63,013 nucleotides of DNA, filler included, from Choristocarpus tenellus KU-1152 (GCA_964200185.2; 14 parts of 14 records of this genome joined end to end with filler, not necessarily neighbours in it), one strand, 5' to 3'; positions 37,734 to 52,272 are shown, counted from the whole stretch's first letter. Notes: generated by a model not told the origin, from the letters alone. Program-made: numbers and translations.

Positions 37734-40700
37734 GTTGGCAAATATTTGATTGCAAAATTTGCGATACCAGGCCTGTACTGTCTCCCTAATGCAAAAAAGT
37801 TGACAATGTAGTTGTACTTGTAACTATATACCATACTTGAAGTCAACTTATACATATTACACTCTCAGCGAAGCATCTCGACATTGTAGCTGAACATTGG
37901 GTTTATGATGAAAGTTGGCATGGTGATATTACTCCCAGGTATCCCTACTATGTCAAATACTAACTGCAGGAAGTACAAATCTCGGAGGCCTAGAACTACA
38001 AGTAAGCTAACTGAATACTATATCCGCATGGCAGTGTGTAGGTTGGAGGGATGTACAAATCCTGACATCTCAAGGCGATAGAAATAAAGCCCGTTGGCCT
38101 ATGCCCGAGCTCCCTCAATCATGACTCGAACGCCAACACAGCTTGTTTTCTGCTTATGGATAAACCATCATGGGCCCAGGCTGTAGGGGATCATTTGATG
38201 AGGCATGTGACTTTTGAACTTAGAGAAGGTCCAGATGCTGCACAATCGATGCACTACTTTGGGTCTGGGATGTACATGCATTTGTTCCAAGTGTCAACTG
38301 ATATCAAGTAGTTGTTCTTTTACTGCAATCTATATTTTGTAAAGACATTGGGAGTACAATTTGACATCTCTACTGTCCTCAACTCAAACATACCCCAATC
38401 TCTAACACAAGAAAAAGGTGAACCCTGATACTAATTCTTTGGCATATACTTTTGTGAATACTTCTTATGAGTGCATATTAGTCTAGGGACATTCTTCTGT
38501 GGTAGTCTGGATGTGGGAGCTCATCTGCACTTCTCCGGAAGCAAGCATAGATATCATCTGTGCTCGTTGCATTGCATGCCTTGCCTTATCTGATGAATGC
38601 ACTCAACAACAGACCATCAATCCACCCATTGCTTGGTGACCACACCAGGTCACGATAAGTCCTCCACTTGCTAGTTCAGCTGAGTCCTTCTGTGGGAATC
38701 GACATATAGTACTTATCCTTCCCCTCAGTACCATAGATACAAAGGTCCATCATTGGTGTTGTATGAATTGCTTCCAACTCGTAGTTTGACCTCGATACAA
38801 TATATTTCTGGCAATGTCTCCACTGCTGCCCCATCCCTCTTGCGAATGTCACATACTGTAAAGAGTGGCCTACGAGTCACTTTCACGGCAACTGGAGAAG
38901 ACAAGGCCCAGCAGAGGTAGAAAGAAGAATCCGCCACAGCGATAGAGATTATGTTAGTCTATCATCACACTAATGAAGGGTGCATTTCCCCTGCATTACA
39001 ACACATGTAACCAAGATATGGATACATGTCATCTCAACCCACCTCAAACGACCTGGTGATAGATTCAACTAGAGGAAAAATCATAAAATTAGGGCATCCC
39101 TCCTTCACTGGGCTCGGCAGCTCCACCCTGCTTCGACTGAGACACAACCAGAGCCATGGTCGTACGTAGTCCATGATGTGTCTCAACTATGGTGGGCATG
39201 CATGGAAAGGTATTGAAACTATAAAGACAAGGTAGGGAATCTCATGGAGGAAGAGCAAGGAGTTTAAACAACAATGGAATAGCTCTGTTCGACTATGTCA
39301 CCTCCAGAATGTCTATGGCTCAATTATATTCAATGAGTTCTTCTGTCAGTTACTATCTAGTCACATTAATTCTCTTCCTCAATTTCGTTCGCCTTGATGT
39401 TGCCGGCCAAGTATGAGAGAGAAAAGGAGAGACCTTTGTTGGTGGTGAACTCAGAGAGTGTAGCTGCACGCCACAAAAAAAATGTTTTAAGATGCAGTAA
39501 CTCTCAAAGAGGGGAAAAAAAATAGGATATGCGTTGAATAGAAATAGTCTCAACACTCCACTGAGCCAAGAAGGTGTCTTCACCCTGTAAAATCTCCTAC
39601 ACTCCCTAATGTTACTATAGTTACTACTTTCTTTGGATTTTCAGTTGGGACACAAACCCCTCGTAGAATTGCAGTGCTCATCATCGAGGTGCACTATAGT
39701 AGGATGTTCCACATCAATCATATTCAACAGGTTGACTACACATCAGGAATCTCAATCAAACGCTTAGGAGGACAACTTGAACTAGACACTGCTATATTAT
39801 ACATGATGGCATTGTAGCTAAGCCTAGAGTAACTCTCTATCTTATCAGCAGACCTCTATGTGTACTCCTTGCGCTAACCAGGAAAATACATTTGTTCGTC
39901 AGTTGATGATGTTTGACAAAAGGATGAATTTGTACTGGTGTAGCACACTTCAACAGCAAGGAAAACAGTGATAACTAGCCACACCTTGGGTGACCCTCGT
40001 CTCTGCTGCATTGAGTTACTCTACCTTGAAGCCAACAACCTCACTGATCATCTTCTTACAACATAAACAAAGCATCAAGAAAGGCAATGCTTGCCAACTT
40101 CGAGCAAGAGGGTTAAGAGATCACAAAAGTTTCTTTTCAGCATAAATTCATGGATCGCGCATCAGTTAGCCCATGCTATGGGATGAAAACTGAAAGGAGA
40201 TTGAGCAATGAGGTATTACATATCACCAGAGTTGTCGTAAGAAGCAGATATGTTCAGTGATGGCAAATGACAAGGAAAGGTGCATCTTGAAAATTGCAAA
40301 AATGTTTGTTTAGATGGTTCGTACTACTTGTCAAAAACAGTGGAAAGATTGCAAGGAGTACACTGTGGTGCGTAGATGGACTATCTGACTAAGAAGCACG
40401 GTAGTTCGAAGACAAGAACACTGCAGCAATTTTGGGGCATCCAGCATTCTATATTAACCCAAGAGGTCTGGAGGATATCTCCGCCGCACGCTAACAACAC
40501 CGCAGAACAAGCGAATGCAGAGAGGTTCTAGCAAGTGTTCTGAAGTTCCAAATACTTCAACGTAAAACTTCACCAATGCATACTAGAAAATAAATAACTC
40601 CAAACACACATTCCTACAGTGTTCGCCATCCCAGTGCCTTATACAGTGAATGACTGTTTGGGGCGAGCAATATAACATCACTGTGGTACACAGCGACCAT

Positions 40701-43700
40701 AGCAACTGGAGGAGGTTCAACATGCCATCTTACTTGCACATAGAGTCCAAGATTTTTTTTATAGGGAGGTTCGGCGCCCAATACATTCAGCATTCTACAT
40801 GAGTCAGTGCTCTGGCATGTGCAAGCTTTCTTTCCATTTTGTGATGGTGTTTCTTGTTATGTATTTTATCAAGTGATTGTTGATAGTAGGGATTGATAGA
40901 AGACCTGGGTGTATTTTTGTCTGGTGTAAGAATGGTGTGTGTGTGTGATGACTGAAAGGGTGTCTTGTCTTTTTTGATGTGCTCGAAAAAATGTTATGGT
41001 CATGTACATGTAGACAATATGAGTGCATTACTGGTGCTTCCAATGCAGATTTGGAGTTGGCTTTTGGCGAGTGTGCATTTGTGTGTGTTTAGGCTCTCTG
41101 TAATGTGGGCATTGTATGACAACAACCCTGCTTGCATAAGTCGTTCTATACTTCGTGTGCAACCCATGTTATCTCTTCTTGGAAGACCTCGTTGTTTTTT
41201 TGTTGGGGTATCGGACGGGGAGGGAGTTTGGATTGGTTTGTGTGTTGGATATATAACCCCATCCCTGCCTCTTGAGGCAGTATTGATACGAAAGTTGATC
41301 GATAATGTGGAGAGATGTCTACTATACAAGNNNNNNNNNNNNNNNNNNNNNNNNNNNNNNNNNNNNNNNNNNNNTTAATTAATTAANNNNNNNNNNNNNN
41401 NNNNNNNNNNNNNNNNNNNNNNNNNNNNNNATACCATTAACCGTTTTTTCCTTAGTCATACCATACCACTGGCTACATGTACACTTTATTATATGCCCTC
41501 CATCTGACCCCACTTAGGAAACTTATGAACACCATGCATTGAAGTTCTTTCTGGCGGCTTGGGAAGGGTGTGAGGGTATATATACCGTAGAAGACAAGGT
41601 GTGTAAGGTACTGCATGTGGAAGATTGTCGTTGCACAAAATATCGACAGCGTGCATCGTGCCAAGATTGCTCTCCACCCAATGTCAGTAACAAGGGATGT
41701 CAGGTAATAGGATTGATTACGTGGCGCGATCTATTCCACCAACCCAGGCATTCATACCAACACTATAGACCTACGAGCTGCAAGCCTGTAAGCTTCAGTG
41801 TCGCAAGGCGGGAACAATTTCCTGATGTTTTTAGGATGTAATAGTGATCACCCATCAGCATTGAAAACATACAGATATCCATCACACCAATATATTGAGG
41901 TACTGGTCAAGAAAGGGAGACAAGGGTCAAAGTAACCGTCATCTGACATCTTTGTCCAATGGTCAAGTTTGCCTTGATCACAAGTTGATGCCATCCACTG
42001 AGCATTCACATATAAGCAAGGTTGCTTGGTTTTGATAGTTTGAAAGGTCATTGGAGTCCCCTGCGGTGATGGATTAATTTTGTGATGCATATGAAGAAGA
42101 CCTTTTCAATTTGAACCGAGCTCTGGCTGATAATTTGGAATGGCTGTCAAATAGATTCAAGTTGGACACACATTTGTATTGTTTGCCCATATCAAGGGGT
42201 TGTGTGTTTTGGGTCTCTTTACTGTGAGTGAAAGTATCATAGAGGGTATGAATTTTGTGAAACATACTGAGGAAGATAGTATTACCTCCACCTCACAAGT
42301 ACTGCCGGGAAATGAGGGTCCAGGGGCCGAATGTCTCCCTAATCATCCGAGTCTGGTACGTGTTCCCATGTAGATATTGCTTGTTTTGTTTTTTTATTTT
42401 CTCCTATAAGAAGCAACATCCAACGTTCCTTGTGAGCTCTATCACATGGAGATTTCGTTGAAGATGATCGGAGGTCACGTGGGGCAACATATCCTTAACC
42501 AGACTCCCTTGGTGGTTCGTGAGAGACGACAACCACAGTTTAAGTACAAACTCTTACATTTGTAGGGGAAGGAAAAGTGTATACTTTCATTACATCAAAC
42601 TTCCATCGATATATTAGTTGATCTTTTACTGTCAACGTTTTTTACTTCTTTGATGTGCTTTCTCGCCTAATCCATGCCGTTCACTACCCCTCCTCGTCCC
42701 CGTCCTTATGTCTACTGTAAGGGAGAGCGACTGGTGTAGTACATACTGCTCTGACCTTTGTGGACTTGTTTGCACATGCTCCGCCTCTCTCAGCCAAGGA
42801 TCCAGGAAGGACATCAAAATATACAAATGACATGAAGTATTCTCACATGTAAGCCCTGAACAAAAAACAGAGTAATATATGTGTCAATCTCGTTGTCCAA
42901 AAGACAAAGATATGTACAGAGGGTGGGCTAAGAATTAATATTCCCATGGAGTGTGACTTATGCGGATCTACAGGGCAGAAAGTGTTCACATGGAAGTGCT
43001 GCATTGGTTTGCGTATTGAGAGCATGCACTCGCAAGATCTTCACTGTAGTGAGCATGGTACTTTCCTCCTGGAATATGCCCTAAATGCTGAAGAGACTCA
43101 ATCAGTATGGTCTATGGTGATGGCAGGAATGGCATCTCAGGCACAGCCTACAGGACCTCTGCATGGCAACGGCGAGGTTCTGTGGACAGACGCGGTGTTC
43201 GGATGAGCTTGGTATAGGAGATGGCTATGGTAGGGTTCCTGTGAGGGAACAAAGAGCTGGTTTGAGACTGGCAGTGGTATGGACCAGTAACCTGTTGGTC
43301 CACAAACTAACCCTGGAAGTGGTAGTAGTGCCATTCCCATGTGCTTGTGGACAGGGCAGTTGACCTTACCCCCCCTGCACACAATGCTACATACAGGAGA
43401 CTCCCTGTCAGGCACAGCTAAATATGCTTTGCTTTGATCGTCTATCCTCTTGCGATATTGTATACCCGACCTTGCTGAGATCAGACACTAAACTGCTCCA
43501 AGTTTGTACAATATTACTGTTTCAGTACGCTCCAGAACGCACCTCCACAGGATGTGTAACTCAAATCCAACGACCTTAAAACGACGCAATGGGGGCATTG
43601 CCTTTGATTTCTTGGGTGTCAGACAGCCTCCTTTCGATACTCCACTCAGTGCGTAGCTCAAAGCTCGACTCAACATTTCGTTCAAGAGAAAGACTGTTAT

Positions 43701-44175
43701 TAAGAGGGGTGATGGTTTGGAACAAAAGCCCTTTTATTATTTTCATCATCCACTTAATTTCTTTGGTCTTCTATGCAACTGCTGTATACGTACTCCAATC
43801 ATAAACCTTTTTCTGTAACTTCTTAGGAACTTTGACGTTTTCTTCTGTACTGTTACTTATGCATTATGAATCTTACTCTGTATCTTATAAGGAATCAGCA
43901 TTTATTCTGTAAGGCTACCTACGTGCTACTAATCTCATATGCTGCTCGCGTTTGTTAGAACACAAGAAGAAACGCTCGCGCTATTACTTGCCTGTAACAT
44001 TACATACTCGTCCTACGTGCTACATTCTGTCCTTCCCACCTTTCCTGGATCTATTATTTCCATCTTCCTTTGGTTGGTTGTAAAAAGGAGGTGGGCAATC
44101 CTTCAGGCCTCCTGCAAAATTGTATTAATTTGTAATTTATTGTGTTGAGGTAGATAAAACCTCAAGATATAAGAA

Positions 44176-44413
44176 GAGCCAAAGTATCTTAGAGGGTACA
44201 GCAGCGTCCATTTGGGCTCAAAATACAATGTTGCACTTTTGATGTAATTTTGGCTGTCGTATTTGTTAGGGAGTGTTAGTATCCTTGTTCCGGACACCCC
44301 TTTTCATAACGTACACATTTTACCTACTCCTATGCATTTTGGAGGGGGAAAATATAATAAAAATGAACACAGGAAGCCCACCCCCAAATGGACAAACAGG
44401 GCAAAACTCGTAC
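44176..44413. mobile_element. MITE family A, nearly full copy cut by linker
   Basis: GAGCCAAAGTATCTTAGAGGGTA...GGGCAAAACTCGTAC then Ns. Confidence 0.88.
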
Positions 44414-44522
44414 NNNNNNNNNNNNNNNNNNNNNNNNNNNNNNNNNNNNNNNNNNNNTTAATTAATTAANNNNNNNNNNNNNNNNNNNNNNNNNNNNNNN
44501 NNNNNNNNNNNNNCCAAAACCT

Positions 44523-47241
44523 TTATGCACCAATCTCCCCCAGGTAGACATTCTTATCCGAGCCACATGACCCGATGATGCTCTCTGTGGGGTGGAACAC
44601 AACCTGCAGAACAAGTTGTACACATTAGCATGGGGGGGGAGGGGTTGGATGCAAACCCTAACCCTAACTCCAAAGTAGTGGCACTCGCTCCTGATTTTAG
44701 AAATCCCCCCAACATGAAACAGCTGCTACGCAAGACTATCGGGTGGAACTATGCCTCTAGGTGCAGGAGTGCTAAAAAGGGGGTTCAGGTGTGTCACACC
44801 ACACAAGCTTGACTTACTCCAAACAGATGATCCCATTGCGCGTGGGAGGTATTTACCTAAGATAGCACACTTCATTGCCATGGGGCATGGGGGGGTTGTC
44901 CACTATGGGGATAATGGTTTTCTACATTTGGCATGCAGGCGACAGGTATCCTCTTGTATCTTAATGTGTTGGGCGTGCTCCCTGGAAGGTCGAGTTCAAC
45001 GCCATGCATGCAGAACGCCTTCCTTACTTGAACCCCCCAAAACCCACTGTACAAATAACAATGGTCTACAATGCCATCATGTAGTGACGATGTGAATCAC
45101 CCCTCAGAGTGCATGAAAAAAAATGTAACTACGCCAATTGTATTATGGTTTGCACAGTGGAGATATGTATGTACCCTATGGAGGATGAACTGAATTGATT
45201 GAAAAGGACATGTCAACACTCTCATGTTGTCGGCTACATCCCATGAGAAGTCGAATTGGGAGCACCAGGTATCGCTATGAAAATACTATTACACTGTAAG
45301 TCCTTGTTTTTCTTTCAGACTGCAATGAACAGAAAAGGCCAAGCTGAAAAAAACATTACATAGCATTCATTCCATCTCAACAAGGCCAACAAAACAACAA
45401 AGGTTTTGCCCATTGTCTGTGGAAGATACCCCACAAAATCAACAACGAATTAACCATTTCTATACATGCCACACCAGCAAGTCCTACAAATAAACTATGT
45501 TTAAAGGTAAGTTCCAAGGCACAAAATATATATCATTGGCAGGTATTACTATCTCCCCACTCCCATTCAACAATATTCATACCTGGTTAACAGATCCTGT
45601 ATGGCCCGGAAGATAGTATAGCTCTTGTGTGGAAGGCTCATCCCATATGTGCACCACCTGGTCTGATGATCCACATGATACCATTTCGCCTGAGGGCGCC
45701 CAGGAGCACTTAAGAAGGTTCTTCTCTGCCCCATGCTGCAAAGATTGAGCGGAGTGGTTGAAAGGGCAAGCGTATGAGCTATTGTACTCATTGAGTTTTC
45801 AATATTACTTGTATTGGCAGGAGGGAATTGCAACACATCTAACCCTCACTGTTGCGGATGGATGTAGGAGGGGGTCAATCATTACTCCAATAAAGCCAAG
45901 CAATCCACTCTAGAACTCTGAAACCTGAGCCCTACCTACTACTCCAGCGACTGAGAACTAAAGCAGGTTGTCGTGTCAAATACTATCAAAACAAAGAATG
46001 TATGCTCCACACCATGGTGCGCCATGCACAATAAAAAATCTAGCTAGCAAGATTCAATAAACTACCCGAACAAAAAGTTTCTCATAGGGTAGAACTTTTG
46101 TGCACTGTAGTCTTGAGCTTCCATACCCTATGAAACTGTTCTATCTTAGTTACACCATCATGTCATGAGCTCAGAAAAACATAGCACTGGACCTCATAAT
46201 ACCGCTAGTTCCCTCCAAAGTCGCTATCCAAACACATCAGCATGTGTGCAATGCATCACACACCCAAAGAGTCCCTCCTACATATACAACTCAAAACTGC
46301 ATGCTTCCTCTTCCCCCCCAAACAATATGCCTGCCCACCTGCAAGCCAGCAAAGGCCTTCTCCAACCGATTTTTGCTAGCAAAGGGACGAACATCCCAAA
46401 TATTGAGTGACATATCCATGGAGTTGGATAAGAGGTGATTGCCATCTGGGCTGAGTGACAAACCTAACCACAGAAAAAAAGGGGGGGGGGGGAGAAAGGG
46501 AGGAAGCATCCCTGAGTTGGAAAATGGAGGTGAGTCAAATAACTCAAGGAAATGGCAACCAGGCTTAGAGCACAAAACAAACTCTAAACATGACAGAATT
46601 GGGTCATTTACAATCCTCGACCTTGTGGTTGGTTGATTTTGACTTGGCAAGAACACACAATTAACACTTACTCTATTTCACATATCCTCTGACCTAAGGC
46701 ATGGTCATCAAAGGCTGGATCAATCACTAATCATTGGTGCATACACAGGTAGTGATTCCTACCCCACTCTTTTCCCATCACATACTTGAAAGCCCATTCC
46801 AGTTGATTCTGACAGTATAAAAAAATATCCAGTATCAAAACATATCCTTACGGGAGCATGTCTTTTAACAAGGGAACCCACCCTCCCCTAGGTCAGAGAT
46901 TCAAAAATATGACTTCATCATTTGCATCAAGAAAGGCCTCTCAGCGGTTGATGTTTTTTGTCTAAATTCCATTGATAGAGCAACACTGTGTCTAAACCAA
47001 GATACCCAAAAGTAAGGGACAAACAATGTTGATGCTAACACGGTACTTATAAACCCCACTGATCTGGGCATACAAGTAGTATCATTGCAAGCACAGCAGA
47101 GCTCTCTAATTGTGCAAGGGCTGCCCTTTAGGGGTGGGACAGAGCACCACTTACCATTTCTTGCACACGGTTTCTAGACACACAATTATATTGACCTGGT
47201 AGGTAGACGGATAGACAGACAGACAGACAGACAGACCAATT

Positions 47242-47278
<37 letters not shown>

Positions 47279-49010
47279 TGTCACTGTCCTGTGTCACACC
47301 CTAAATCGCAGAAGAGCAAGCTGTACATTTTTTCTCTTTTTTTAACTCCTCTAATAGAGTCATTTCAACAAAAAAAGTGTCAGTTTTCTTAAGCATACAA
47401 CTCCATGGATTGGGGACAAGCAATCCTATTCGGTTATGATTGCCAGTGCCTTTTGCAACAAAAGGTCTTCTTCTTGAAATCTGCTGCAGGAATCACTCAG
47501 ACATCTTACACACAGAAAAACTTCAACCTACGGTGGAAATTCTTCTTGTACCATACTGCACCATAGGCAGAGTTAGGGTTAGGGTTACAAAGCATTGCAA
47601 CCGTGCATTGCAAAGCCCGAGTAACTGCATACACCATACCACTAGCTCATTCCATCTAGGCCCAACGTGTAGAAGGAAGATAGCATACCTGTGACAGTGT
47701 CCGTGTGCCCTGGCATGGTGTAAACCAAATCATGCTTTCGCACATCGAAGACCTTGATGTCATTGTCAATACCTCCACTCATCACCTGCTGGTCATCTTT
47801 TGATAGGCACACAGCTGTTACCTGGTAAGAGTTCATCATTTCCCCTACGGAACGACGAACACGAGGGTCCCAAAGCTTGACCATTCCGTCGTCCGAGCCA
47901 GACGCAATCAAGTTCCCAGAACGAGAAATGGAGCAACTGTTGATCACCCCAGTGTGCCCCTGTGCAATTTTAATGTGCTGTTGTCAGGAGAATCCACACA
48001 ATTCAAGTTAACCTTTTCCAAAAGGGCACCCCTCGGTGCTTGTTTTCTGCTATGGTATGCAACACGGAATTATGGCTCTTCCAGAATCACAGAAGGGGTG
48101 TAAATACTATCATGTGGAAAGATTAATAGATTAATTGTATTTCTAAACATGTTCTAGACCAAAGGCTGTAACCTTGTGCTGTTAGGCACCATTTTTGTCC
48201 TCTGTAGTAGGTATAAGAAGTGATCTTCGCCAGAGAACCTTTTACACTGGAAAACATACGGTCCTGTTGGAAGCTTCCTGTGGACAAATTCGACGAGCAA
48301 GTCAAACCTGGGATGCATTAGCCAATAGTACGTCCGATAGGTTACCTTCCGTCAGATAGTACCTGACCTTGAAGGTTTTCTTTCGTTTGCCAGCATAGGC
48401 ATCCCAATAGCCTAAGGTCTTGTCAGCAGACGCCGTAATGATGTTGTCACCAGTTGGAGACCAGTGCAGCTCTAAAATCGCCTGCGCTCAGAATTACAGG
48501 TAGATCAAGCGTAACGCACATGATATTAGTAGTAGTTAATGTCAAAAAGGGGCAGCGAGAGTGAGAAATAAGGAAATATAAAATACCGTCCTCATCATCT
48601 GGTGAATGTTGCACCCCCCATTAACACTCCTTCAGACTGTCAGGGACGTTATGGATCGCGGACAAAAGTAGAATGGGGGTTTCCATCATCTCTCTTACAT
48701 TCTTGTGCCCACGTAGAACATTGTAGTTAGCACATTCGCCGTGTGTGTCCCACAAAAAGATCGCTCTGTCTGCACCGGCACTGGCCAGATTTCTGCCTGT
48801 CCTGTCAAAATCAAGCGTATACACTGCTGCCTGGTGACCCGTAAGTAGCATTGTAGGAGCTAGAAGAGAGGAAGTCCTCTCAATTTGTTGCCGCTCGACC
48901 AACGCAAGTGTGGTTTGTGTCTCAACCTTCAGTCTTTTACCCCCATTCTCCTCATCCTCATCTCTGTCGCGTTTCTCAACCACCACGATGCTTTCCTCTA
49001 CAGCACTCAT
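44523..49010 (-). CDS. SNRNP40: U5 snRNP 40 kDa WD40 protein, complete gene (6 exons, 351 aa)
   Basis: Exons 49010-48699, 48481-48368, 47959-47689, 46463-46339, 45735-45583, 44603-44523; all introns GT-AG and in frame. Motifs: RTSSLLAPTMLLTGH, GECANYNVLRGHKNAILELHWS, LLSNSMDMSLNIWDVRPFA, EKNLLKCSW, YLPGHTGSVN, FHPTESIIGSCGSDKNVYLGEI*. Confidence 0.96.
47212..47278. repeat. (GACA)n and (GATA)n microsatellites in an SNRNP40 intron
   Basis: Direct reading. Confidence 0.9.
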
Positions 49011-49446
49011 AGTGACCACTTGAGGTGGTCTCCCGCAAGCCAGTCTTCCTAAACTACCCTGTCCCTTACCATTAAGGCGTGACGTCAAGTACCATTTTCA
49101 GCTGTCCAGTAGTGCACAAGTTTTGGAGACTTGACTACCGCGCGAGATGACATCGTGCGATGATCGTTGTTCCTACTCTCAAAAATAAAAATATGTACAT
49201 ATATTTTGGTCAACATACATCTCTTAAGTTATTGAGAGTATCCCCACGCATTGTATATTACTAATAGTATAGATTATGGTACATACACTACTACTCCTTT
49301 ACTTATCCCCTCTACCTAATATAACAATCTTGTTGCACTATGACTAATTGCGCTACCTCCATTTAGATATTGCTCTTCCCTCGCTGGATTCAGCCACCCC
49401 ATCACTGCTCAATCAGTGGTGCTGGACCCGCCTATGCTGAGTCAAA

Positions 49447-49613
49447 AACAGCAGATTTCAAAAATTGAGGATGGAGCTTTTCATTGAGGATGGGCTTTAC
49501 CCAAAATCGACTGGCATTACAAAAAATATATATCGATACTTTCTCCCAGTCAATTTTGGGTCAAGCCCATCCTCAATGAAAAGCTCCATCCTCAATTTTT
49601 TTAATTTGCTGTT
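49447..49613. repeat. Long inverted repeat (foldback/MITE-like) with ~55-bp near-perfect arms
   Basis: AAAAATTGAGGATGGAGCTTTTCATTGAGGATGGGCTT.ACCCAAAAT.GACTGG (49460-49514) and its reverse complement (~49546-49600), with weaker pairing further out. Confidence 0.88.
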
Positions 49614-49724
49614 CAAAGTAAGCGNNNNNNNNNNNNNNNNNNNNNNNNNNNNNNNNNNNNNNNNNNNNTTAATTAATTAANNNNNNNNNNNNNNNNNNNN
49701 NNNNNNNNNNNNNNNNNNNNNNNN

Positions 49725-49807
49725 TAATGCAAATGCACTTTTCCCGATTTTGGTCCAAATGGACTCCCTCGTGTAGACCCCCCCCACCCTCCCAGATAAT
49801 TTGGGTC
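49725..49807. mobile_element. MITE family B, partial copy at contig edge
   Basis: CCAAATGGACTCCCTCGTGTAGACCCCCCCACCCTCCCAGATAATTTGGGTC matches the end of the 59588 copy. Confidence 0.8.
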
Positions 49808-50189
49808 ATTTCTAACCTTGAAGGTGCCCAAAACTGAAATACGTGCAACAGAATGTAGACGCTTGTCGTCACAATGCACCTAATCTACCAGCCTGTTTTA
49901 CCCTTCTTTGTTTCAAATCCCTCACTGAGTGAAAAATATTATAGTGGATCCAAGGTGTTTGTATCCCTTTATGTACTACTCAGTATCGGTTCAGTTCAGC
50001 TCACACGTTATTTGTGATACCCACACTCCGCCATTTGAACTTCGAAAGTCATGCAGGTCATTTTCTGAAACCTGTTCAAAACAAATTGTTGGAGGTAAAT
50101 ACTGAATGAAATATACTTGTGAAACCTTTGGAAAAAAATACGTTTTAGGATTTTGAAAAAGGCTTGCTTTTGAAGGTACAGTCGTGTGA

Positions 50190-50261
50190 GCATGGATCGT
50201 ATAGTGGTTAGTACACCACATTGTGGCTGTGGCAACCCGGGTTCGATTCCCGGTCCGTGCA
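50190..50261 (+). tRNA. trnH: tRNA-His (GUG)
   Basis: Cloverleaf: acceptor GCATGGA/TCCGTGC, anticodon arm CCACA-TTGTGGC-TGTGG, T arm CCGGG-TTCGATT-CCCGG. T-run terminator downstream. Confidence 0.96.
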
Positions 50262-51716
50262 ACTTTTTGCACTCCACACTCAAAACCCACGAAGATTAAA
50301 TTATTATCCGTATCTGTGTGATTGGGGCTTGCATCATCTGTACTGTATATATACAGAAAAGACCTATCAACTTCGTCCATTGGAATAAATACAGGAGTTC
50401 AAAATTGCTCAGGGTCAGGTTCTCCAGTCAAGGAAACTGAGTGTGATGGACTATATATATTGCAAACACAAGTGAAAACCTTGTATTTTCCTCGCTGTCA
50501 CTAAGCAATAGAAAAATGACTCGGGAAACCTGGGAATTGTGGTGACAAAATCTTTCATTATGATCAGGCTAGCATTCCACAAGATCCGAGGAAGGAGGCA
50601 GAGCAACAATCGGTGCGATGGATCACCCCATCCACGAGAAAAACACAAGGCATGTACAGGACATTGCGATTGGTCGTGGTACATAACTCTTACTTCTGAC
50701 TAGCTACCAAAGTAGACCAGTCTGTAGTGGCTCTGAACATGGGACGGGGATAGGTATGGTCAAGCTATGTAGTAGCCCCTAATCCTGGACCAAAGTGAGA
50801 CAATTACTAAAGTACAAGAGGATAAAAGCAGTTGAGGATGGCTGATACATTTTTTAAAAGATCGGGTGACTACGAATTTCAGAGGAAAAGGAGCCATCAC
50901 AATTTTGACTGGTGAAACTTCATCGATAATTATACGATATATATCGCTATTTCTATTTATTCGCATTGAGTTAAAGTAAACGAGAGTTACCCAGAGTTGC
51001 ATTTTGAAAACGCTGACAACTATGTGCAATTTTTTTCTAATTCTACAAAATTCATGTAAGATGTTTCCTGAGTTGTGTCGAATTTTTCAAACAATACAGA
51101 AATTAACATTCTCAAGTCAATCTTACTACTTTTCCATAGAGATATGGGTGAATTGCGAAAGATTCAAATACTGGCTTGAAATGCAAAATGACCAAAATAT
51201 AGCTACCTCACGTTTACTCTGGCTCAATGCCCTTGGAAATATCCTGGCTCGTGGTCAGAGACAACACATGCTTAAAGTTAAATGTCTCCTTAGATGTTGA
51301 ACATGAATATACATAGGTACACCATATACAAGTGTCCACCACGCCAGGTATGGAAAAATATCACATATCATATATTAAGATTTTCCCAAGAATATAAAAA
51401 TCTCCTGTTGTGGCTATTTTAAAAATCAGAAATATATACAGTATCACTTGATTTATTATAATGAAAACAGAGGGGAGGGTGCAGAGAGAAGTGAGAGAAG
51501 AGAAGAGAAAGGAATCTGAAGCAGTAGAGGTGTGTACACTCCTGCTCCTCCGGCAATGTCTCAGCAAGATACTTTCATAGGGAAACACAGGCCTGCAAGA
51601 CCTGTCAGGACGAGGACTCAGGGAGTGATCAAATCCTCCTATTATTGGTGCCGACTGATCAGGTACACATGGAGTTTGGGACGAAGTCAGGAAATGTGAG
51701 ATGTAGTATGACTTAA

Positions 51717-51975
51717 GAGTAAAAGTATCTTAGAGGGTACGAGTTTTGCCCTGTTTGTCCATTTGGGGCTTGGATTCCCATGGACTTTTTTATGACATAT
51801 TCCTACTCCTAAATGTTTAGGAGTAGGAAAAATGTATACGTTATGGAAAGGTGTGTCCGGAACAAGGATAATTGACGCTTCCTAACAAACATGATAGCCA
51901 AATTTTCATCAAAATCGCAACATTGGATTTTGGCCCCAAATGGACGCGACCCTACCCTCTAAGATACTTTGGCTC
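51717..51975. mobile_element. MITE family A, full copy
   Basis: GAGTAAAAGTATCTTAGAGGGTA...TACCCTCTAAGATACTTTGGCTC; TSD TTAA/TTAA. Confidence 0.93.
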
Positions 51976-52272
51976 TTAAGCCAAATCAATTTTTACATGT
52001 TTTGCACACAAGGGGCACGCTAAATTGAGTACTACGGGGGCTGTGGAGGGCATGGTGTGGGCATGTGCCCCAACCCTGGAGGGCCAAAGCTCATGAATCA
52101 GTTGCATGAGAGGAGGATCGAGAAAAGAATCAAAAGATGATAAGCGAGGAGTAAAATTCCAGACAGGCCAATTTCAGGAAGGGTACTTACTGTCTTAAGC
52201 ATGCTGTTAGATTCTTGGAGTTTTCCTTGGGATTTACTATTTTTATTTGGGACACACGTAATAATGATACAT

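Noticed and set aside
49080-49087. TGACGTCA (bZIP/aureochrome-type box) 70 bp upstream of the SNRNP40 ATG
   Set aside because: A single 8-mer is expected about once by chance in this length, and it also occurs near 9267.
49991-50380. ORFs sharing ARTGNRTRVATATMWCTNHYTIHA with 52098-52391
   Set aside because: Antisense translation of the two tRNA-His genes.
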